Positions 58,534 through 64,000 of a stretch of 64,000 bases of DNA are shown piece by piece. A program made the translations under genes and the position numbers. The notes beneath the pieces are model-generated. The model saw only the letters and a list, made by a program, of their open reading frames with translations. It had not been told where the DNA came from and did no database searches. Each line of letters begins with the position of its first letter. Within the stretch, counting starts at the first letter, position 1. Source of the DNA: Gammaproteobacteria bacterium (lineage in GTDB: Bacteria; Pseudomonadota; Gammaproteobacteria; Xanthomonadales; Wenzhouxiangellaceae); the NCBI GenBank assembly GCA_050485825.1, contig JBJHCC010000010.1:23895-87894 (forward strand). The letters are read 5' to 3'.

Positions 58534-59784
58534 ATGTTGAATTTTGAGTGTGGTTTGGTCCTGCGTAGGCGTCGCCGCTCTTCCTTGGCGCTGGTGGTTT
58601 TTCTCATTTTTTCAGTTGGTTGGACGAGTAACGCTGCGGCCAATCCGGCCTTCGATCAGTTCCTGGCCAGCGCCGGTGAGTGGCTGGAGGCTCGACAGCT
58701 GCCAAGCGGCGCTTTCCCCTACTCGGAAGCGGATCCGACAGTTTTTCCCAGTGTCCAGTCGGTTTCTGGCCTGGCGATGCTGGCTGCCTATGAGGCCACT
58801 TGCCGCCTTGGCAACTGCAATACCGACTTTCTGGACTCGGCGGTTTTGGCCGGCGATTACATGATCGGGGGCGGCTTTGGTAATTTTTCACCTAACACAG
58901 GCCTTCCACGTATTCGGACGTTTGACCCGCTGCTTTTGGTGCGCCTGTCAGAGGCAACTGGGGATCCCCAGTACGCCGACTTTATCCAGGTGAACTTCTG
59001 GCAGCGTCTGGAAGACGGCATCTACGGGCCGCAGAACAATTGGGATATCGACGACTATGTAGCCTCCGAACTCGCTCGTCGCGCGGGTGCCCCGAGCACC
59101 GGGCCGATCGTGGCCGCCTGGGACTTGGCTCTGATAGCAGCTGCCGCCCGGGAAGCAGGTATCAACCAGTTCAATGCCTCGCTGGCCGTCGGCGCCAGCA
59201 CGGCCCTGGAGTCTGCTACCGACGCCGGGACCTCGATCGGCGCGAGCGGCTTTGATGTTCTGGGCTTGACCGGTGCAGTGTGGATGGGCGCATTGACTGG
59301 CCTCTCGACCGTGCCGGGCTCTGGTCCCTGGTCGGGCGTTGCCGGGAATTCGGGGCTTGCCAGCCTGCTGATGCAGTACCAAGGCCCGCAGGGTGGGTTC
59401 CTGCAGAGTTCGGCGGCCGGCTCTTCTCCTGTTCAGGATGTGGATACAGTTAGCCAGAATACTGCTTTTGCAATTGTGGGGCTCCATCAGTTGAATCGCG
59501 TCGCCTATGGCCACTCGATTCTGCGGGGTCAGGAGGCGCTGGTTGAGGTCTTCCAGGAGCCCAGTGGGCGAGTCAACTACTATCATCCGGACGTTGATCT
59601 GAGCTCGGTGGCTGATCCCAAGCCTTACTTGCATGTCCACGCCTATGCGTTGTTCGCCTTGGCCGACACCCGCGACCTGCCGGATCCGGCCCCGGTTCCG
59701 GTCAATGATTGGCGCCTGCTTTCGCTGCTGGCGCTGCTGATGCTGGTGCTCGGCTGGACGGGCTTGGTGGTTCGCCGGCAGTAG
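58534..59784 (+). CDS. Exported alpha/alpha-barrel-like protein with IPTL-CTERM-like C-terminal anchor
   Basis: Signal peptide; Q..SGAF / Q.PQGGF QW-like repeats; tail PVPVNDWRLLSLLALLMLVLGWTGLVVRRQ. Confidence 0.6.
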   Translation: MLNFECGLVLRRRRRSSLALVVFLIFSVGWTSNAAANPAFDQFLASAGEWLEARQLPSGAFPYSEADPTVFPSVQSVSGLAMLAAYEATCRLGNCNTDFLDSAVLAGDYMIGGGFGNFSPNTGLPRIRTFDPLLLVRLSEATGDPQYADFIQVNFWQRLEDGIYGPQNNWDIDDYVASELARRAGAPSTGPIVAAWDLALIAAAAREAGINQFNASLAVGASTALESATDAGTSIGASGFDVLGLTGAVWMGALTGLSTVPGSGPWSGVAGNSGLASLLMQYQGPQGGFLQSSAAGSSPVQDVDTVSQNTAFAIVGLHQLNRVAYGHSILRGQEALVEVFQEPSGRVNYYHPDVDLSSVADPKPYLHVHAYALFALADTRDLPDPAPVPVNDWRLLSLLALLMLVLGWTGLVVRRQ

Positions 59785-59813
59785 TCGCCGCGAATCGGCA
59801 ATGATCGATACAG

Positions 59814-59846
59814 AACGCCCGGATGCTTCGGTATCCGGGCGTTTTG
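59814..59846 (+). terminator. Intrinsic terminator with C(UUCG)G loop
   Basis: AACGCCCGGATGC-TTCG-GTATCCGGGCGTT-TT. Confidence 0.8.
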
Positions 59847-59955
59847 CTTGTCTGGCCCCAGCCTGAGCCGCGGCCGCCTGGCGTTAGCTGGGGAAGACCC
59901 CGGCAGTTTTTTCGCTATCCTTCTTGCCCAATACTTTCGCCGCAGGGTGTGGGTC

Positions 59956-60615
59956 ATGCAGCGTTTTTTTGACATCGTGTTCTCGGCGCTGGCGCTGTTG
60001 GTTCTGGCGCCCCTGCTGGTTCCTATTGTTGTTCTGCTGCGCCTGACCGGGGAGGGCGAGGTTTTTTTCGGTCAGCTGCGGATAGGGCAGGGCGGTCGGC
60101 CGTTTCGCCTGCTGAAGTTCGCGACCATGCTCAAGGACAGCCCCAATCTCGGGACGGGCACCCTGACCGTCAAGAACGACCCGCGGGTGCTGCCGATGGG
60201 GCGATTCCTGCGCAAGACCAAGCTCAATGAACTGCCGCAGCTGATCAATATCCTCGCCGGCGACATGAGCGTGATTGGGCCCCGGCCGCAGACTCAGCGC
60301 TGCTTTGACGCGTTTCCGGCACGTTCTCAGATGGAGATCATCAAGGTCCGGCCGGGCTTGTCCGGGATCGGGTCGATCGTGTTTCGCGACGAAGAGGAGC
60401 TGATGGCCCATGCCCGCGACCCCGACGCCTACTATGACCAGGTGGTCATGCCCTACAAAGGGCGGCTGGAAGAGTGGTTCGTCGCCCGTCGCTCTCTTTA
60501 TGTGTATTTCGCCCTGATTGCCTTGACGGTCTGGGTGATTCTGTTTCCCAACAGCGAAGCGGTGTTCCGGGTTTTCCCGGACTTGCCCCCGCGCCCCCCC
60601 GAGATGGACGGGTGA
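59956..60615 (+). CDS. Priming phosphoglycosyltransferase (Bac_transf, PglC/WcaJ-like)
   Basis: RFFD, FRLLKFATM, FLRKTKLNELPQL.N...GDMSVIGPRP, RPGLSG. Confidence 0.92.
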   Translation: MQRFFDIVFSALALLVLAPLLVPIVVLLRLTGEGEVFFGQLRIGQGGRPFRLLKFATMLKDSPNLGTGTLTVKNDPRVLPMGRFLRKTKLNELPQLINILAGDMSVIGPRPQTQRCFDAFPARSQMEIIKVRPGLSGIGSIVFRDEEELMAHARDPDAYYDQVVMPYKGRLEEWFVARRSLYVYFALIALTVWVILFPNSEAVFRVFPDLPPRPPEMDG

Positions 60616-60668
60616 GGCAAATCCCTCGCCGGTGGCGCGATCCTCGTTCGACGGAAACCGTCGGTCGA

Positions 60669-60995
60669 GTATGTCGGCCCTACGCGGCTGACGGACCATG
60701 TGTGCCGCAACCCGATATCGTCCGTCGGGGACGTGGCCCCGACCTACTCGGTGCCAGTCGATGCCGCAGAGAATTCATTGGGCGCGGTTTACGTAGGTCG
60801 GCCCCACGTGGCCGACGGACCGTGTATGCCGAAGCCCGATATCGTCCGTCGGGGACGTGGCCCCGACCAACTCGGTGCCGGTCGATACCTCGGAGCATTC
60901 ATTGGGCGCGGTTTGCGTAGGTCGGCCCCACGCGGCCGACGGACCAGGATTGCCGAAGCCCCACATCTTCCGTCGGGGACGTGGCCCCGACCGAC
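60669..60995. repeat. REP array 3: three pairs, 124-bp period
   Basis: Units at 60669 (degenerate), 60793 and 60917. Confidence 0.9.
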
Positions 60996-61085
60996 TCGGT
61001 GTCGGTCGATGAATCGGAGATCTGGTTGGGCCGGGTTTGGGTGGGATCCCGGCCTGCCACGTCGCCCGTATTCGGGTGATCTGAT

Positions 61086-61856
61086 TTGAACGCCGCCCTT
61101 CGCGCCCTGCGCCGTCTGGTCTATCCGCTGGGTTTCAGCAGCCTGTTAATTGGCTCGGGTGCTTTGCTGTGGCTGCTTCGATGGCGGCGTGTCGGGCCGA
61201 TGCTGGTGTTTGCTGGTCTAACCGCCCTGTGGTTGTTTTCGACGCCTATGTTCGCCAACCAGCTCGGTCTGGCGCTCGAAAGCCGCTACCCGGAGCGTCC
61301 CATACACACGCTGCCCACGGCCGAGGTCATCGTCGTGCTGGGCGGTGCGTTCAGTCATCGGGCGGGGCGGGCTCATCCTGATATGAGCGGATCGGCCGAT
61401 CGTTATTGGCATGCGGCGCGGCTGTACCACGCCGGTCGCGCCGAGCGCATCATTCTGTCCGGCGGCCGTTACCCCTGGCGTGGGCCGGGCTTGACTGGGG
61501 CGGCCGCCGGCGTCGTCTTTCTGCGTGACCTTGGCGTATCCGAGCAGGCGCTGTGGCTGGACGATCAGGCACTATCGACGCGCGAGAACGCGGTCAATGT
61601 TGCTGCCATGCTCGCAGACGAGGGTTTGGACACCATCTTGCTGGTGACCTCCGCATCGCACATGCCGCGCTCGATGGGCGCCTTCCGCGCGCTCGGGCTG
61701 GAGCCGATTCCGGTGCCCACGGATTTTCGCCACGAGCGCCTGTGCCCGCGCGCGTCCGTGAACTGGCTGCCCAGCGCGGATGCGCTGGCGTTGAGCACGC
61801 GCGCAGTCCATGAATATGTCGGGTGGTGGCTGTATGCCCGCCGCGGTTGGATCTGA
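61086..61856 (+). CDS. YdcF/DUF218 (ElyC/SanA-like) envelope protein
   Basis: IVVLGG, IILSGG, STRENA, LVTSASHMPRS, P.PTDF, EYVG. Confidence 0.9.
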   Translation: MNAALRALRRLVYPLGFSSLLIGSGALLWLLRWRRVGPMLVFAGLTALWLFSTPMFANQLGLALESRYPERPIHTLPTAEVIVVLGGAFSHRAGRAHPDMSGSADRYWHAARLYHAGRAERIILSGGRYPWRGPGLTGAAAGVVFLRDLGVSEQALWLDDQALSTRENAVNVAAMLADEGLDTILLVTSASHMPRSMGAFRALGLEPIPVPTDFRHERLCPRASVNWLPSADALALSTRAVHEYVGWWLYARRGWI

Positions 61857-62919
61857 GGGCCGCGCCGAGTTGAACCGGCCGCTGGATGACAGTCTGGCCG
61901 AGCTGCGCGGCGCTTCCGAGCGGCTGCACTGGTTGAGCGAGCATCGCCTGCTTGGCGTCGCTGGCATGCTGTCCGAGCGCGGTCAGATGTCCCGAGATCT
62001 GGCCGTTCTCGCGGAACGACTGGTCAGCGCCAGACCGATGGTGCCTGATATTCAGCTTGCCAATGAGGTTTCAGTACTCTGTGCGCTTCGGGACAACGCC
62101 GTCCCGGCGCTGGCACTAAAGGGCTGCTTGCTGGCGCACGCGGTCTACCCGGCTCCGAACCGCCGCTGGCGCGCCGACCTCGACGTGCTGGTCGCGCCCG
62201 AGGCCGTGGCCTCCGCGCGGGTTACCCTCACTGAACTCGGGTTTCGACCGTTATGGACGGTGCCCGGAGGGACGCCGATGGACCAGGAGTCCTGGCTGCT
62301 GGGGCAGGGTGCCTCTCGCCAGGTGGTCGATTTGCATTGGGATCTACGCAATCATCCCGTACTGCGGCGGCGCTTGTCATTTGCAGAGCAGTGGGCCGCG
62401 GCGATTGAGCTGCCCTCGCTGGGCGTTGGCATCAAGGGCCAGGGGCCGGTGCACGCGCTGTTGAGCGCCGCGATGCACTGGTTTGATGATCTCTACAATC
62501 AGCCGCGTCCGCTGGGCTGGCTGCTGGATATCGATCTGCTTTGGCGTCGCCTCGATTCTCAGTCGCAGGCTGAAATGATCGATCTGGCGGGCGAGCGGGA
62601 GTTGGCCGGGCTGGTCGCCGAATGCCTCCGTATGGCACGCGCGGTGTTCGCAACCCCGATCAGTACGGATGCGATCGAGTCCCTGGCTGCCGTGGGGGGG
62701 CGCCAAAAACCAACTAGACTGATCCAGGCTGGTCGCGGTCCATACCGGGCCTGGTGGTTTGCGCTCAACAGCGAGCCTGGCCTGGCCGGAAAGCTGCATC
62801 GGCTACGCGCCAGCCTGCTGCCGCCGGTCGCCCATTTGCGCGAGCGCTATCCGAAGGGTTCGCGTCTCGGTTTGCCCGGACTGTATCTGAGGCGCCTGAT
62901 TAAGCGCATGCGTCGTTGA
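61810..62919 (+). CDS. Nucleotidyltransferase family protein (NTP_transf_5-like); start uncertain
   Basis: LALKGCLLAHAVYP.PNRRWRADLDVLV, VDLHW, LGWLLDI. Confidence 0.83.
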   Translation: MNMSGGGCMPAAVGSEGRAELNRPLDDSLAELRGASERLHWLSEHRLLGVAGMLSERGQMSRDLAVLAERLVSARPMVPDIQLANEVSVLCALRDNAVPALALKGCLLAHAVYPAPNRRWRADLDVLVAPEAVASARVTLTELGFRPLWTVPGGTPMDQESWLLGQGASRQVVDLHWDLRNHPVLRRRLSFAEQWAAAIELPSLGVGIKGQGPVHALLSAAMHWFDDLYNQPRPLGWLLDIDLLWRRLDSQSQAEMIDLAGERELAGLVAECLRMARAVFATPISTDAIESLAAVGGRQKPTRLIQAGRGPYRAWWFALNSEPGLAGKLHRLRASLLPPVAHLRERYPKGSRLGLPGLYLRRLIKRMRR

Positions 62920-62954
62920 CCAGGGAAGGCTTCGGCCGAGCCCGGCCCATTCGG

Positions 62955-63227
62955 GTAGGTCGGCCCCACGCGGCCGACGGACCATGTGTGCCGCAACCCG
63001 ATATCGTCCGTCGGGGACGTGGCCCCGACCTACTCGGTGCCGGTCGATACCTCGGAGAATTCATTGGGTGCGGTTTGCGTAGGTCGGTCCCACGCGGCCG
63101 ACGGACCATGCCTGCCGAAGCCCCGCATCGTCCGTCGGGGACGTGGCCCCGACCTACTCGGTGCCGGTCGATGCCGCAGAGAATTCATTGGGCTCGATTG
63201 GCGTAGGTCGGCCCCACGCGGCCGACG
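62955..63227. repeat. REP array 4: two pairs plus one single
   Basis: Units at 62955, 63079 and 63203, between convergent genes. Confidence 0.9.
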
Positions 63228-63306
63228 GACCATGCCTGCCGAAGTCCCCAAGGTCAAAGGTCTGCGCCCGGACAGGCTACCGGTCTCGGTCTGCCGGGGG
63301 CAGATC

Positions 63307-63999
63307 TCACAGCGGTTTCAGCAATTGCTTGAGCGTCCGGCCAGGCTGCTCAACAAGGTCAATGCCGGTTTCGATGACCTGGGCGGGTGATGTTGCCAGC
63401 AAGCCCTGGAGCATGGCCATCAAAGCCTGCCGTTCATGGGGGAAATGTTTTGAGAACAGGATTGGCATTCCGGCCTTGATCAGCTCGGCCAGGGCCAGAT
63501 GCGGCGGCAAGTGTTCCATGGTGCTGGCCGGCGGGCGCCCGGCCCGGGGCCGGCGCAGCAGCCAGATGCGGTGGATGGGGCTGCTGATGGGAAAGCGCGG
63601 ATTGTCCTCCGGTATCCGCAGTACGCACTTTGTAGACTTGGCGCCCTTCGCCAGTGGCCAATCAGCCGCCAGGCGATCCGTTGCCCAGCCTGACCGAAAC
63701 ATCAGAAATCCGCGCAGGCGCTCGGCCGCAAAGCCGGCCTCGGTCGCGCCGGCCAGCACCCAGTCATCGCTGACCACCTTTGCCCCGCCGGTCAGGGCGG
63801 CTGCCGTCAGTACAGATTTGCCACTGCCGCGTCCTCCCAATGCCAGCACCCCCAGGCCGTCAACGCGGATCACCGCGGCATGCAGCGTCATCAGGCCAAG
63901 GCGCGCCCATTGCTGGGCTAGGAGCAAGTTGAGGGACTGCGGGATCAGCAGATGGCTGGGTCGGCGATGATGGGCTTCCAGCTGCAGCGCGCCGGCAGC
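63307..63999 (-). CDS. HPr-kinase-related protein (partial, runs off right edge)
   Basis: LHAAVI, GGRGSGKS, VVSDD; frame stays open to the window edge. Confidence 0.75.
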   Translation of the reverse strand, partial: AAGALQLEAHHRRPSHLLIPQSLNLLLAQQWARLGLMTLHAAVIRVDGLGVLALGGRGSGKSVLTAAALTGGAKVVSDDWVLAGATEAGFAAERLRGFLMFRSGWATDRLAADWPLAKGAKSTKCVLRIPEDNPRFPISSPIHRIWLLRRPRAGRPPASTMEHLPPHLALAELIKAGMPILFSKHFPHERQALMAMLQGLLATSPAQVIETGIDLVEQPGRTLKQLLKPL

Positions 64000-64000
64000 G

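Overview
High-GC proteobacterial chromosome segment (the FxDxFE and IPTL-CTERM-like C-termini hint at a Wenzhouxiangella-like gammaproteobacterium, but this is a guess). It is one large cell-surface glycan region with three layers. (1) Left, minus strand: an export/assembly arm (O-antigen ligase family, J-domain protein, Wzc), divergent from an ops/JUMPstart-led operon for a probably sulfated, fucose-containing glycan (gmd, fcl, ABC flippase, Wzy-like, GT4s, five sulfotransferase-like genes, two deacetylase/ATP-grasp pairs, LegB/LegC-like genes, priming phosphoglycosyltransferase). (2) Small toxin-antitoxin/defence-like cassettes wedged between core sugar genes (HicAB plus a SecB-like chaperone, four-helix-bundle, MNT-HEPN, AbrB-PIN, XRE-AbiEii, AAA-DUF4143). 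Most of their junctions carry 7-bp tandem arrays. One junction has a clear 5' remnant of the downstream gene (LegC-like) and a second has a probable one (fcl). (3) A lasso-peptide (RiPP) cluster at about 44.2-57.8 kb, inserted between glycan genes. It has an unannotated 53-aa precursor (54109-54270) ending in Ser, B1, B2, cyclase, ABC exporter, a kinase and a probable pseudokinase, a sulfotransferase, a nucleotidyltransferase, an ATP-grasp protein and two PRMT-like methyltransferases, one apparently fused to an RRE. Four GTAG-type REP arrays and one 266-bp MITE-like element are also present. No rRNA, tRNA, CRISPR, integrase or transposase was recognised. All protein assignments are from motif recognition by eye; no database search was run.
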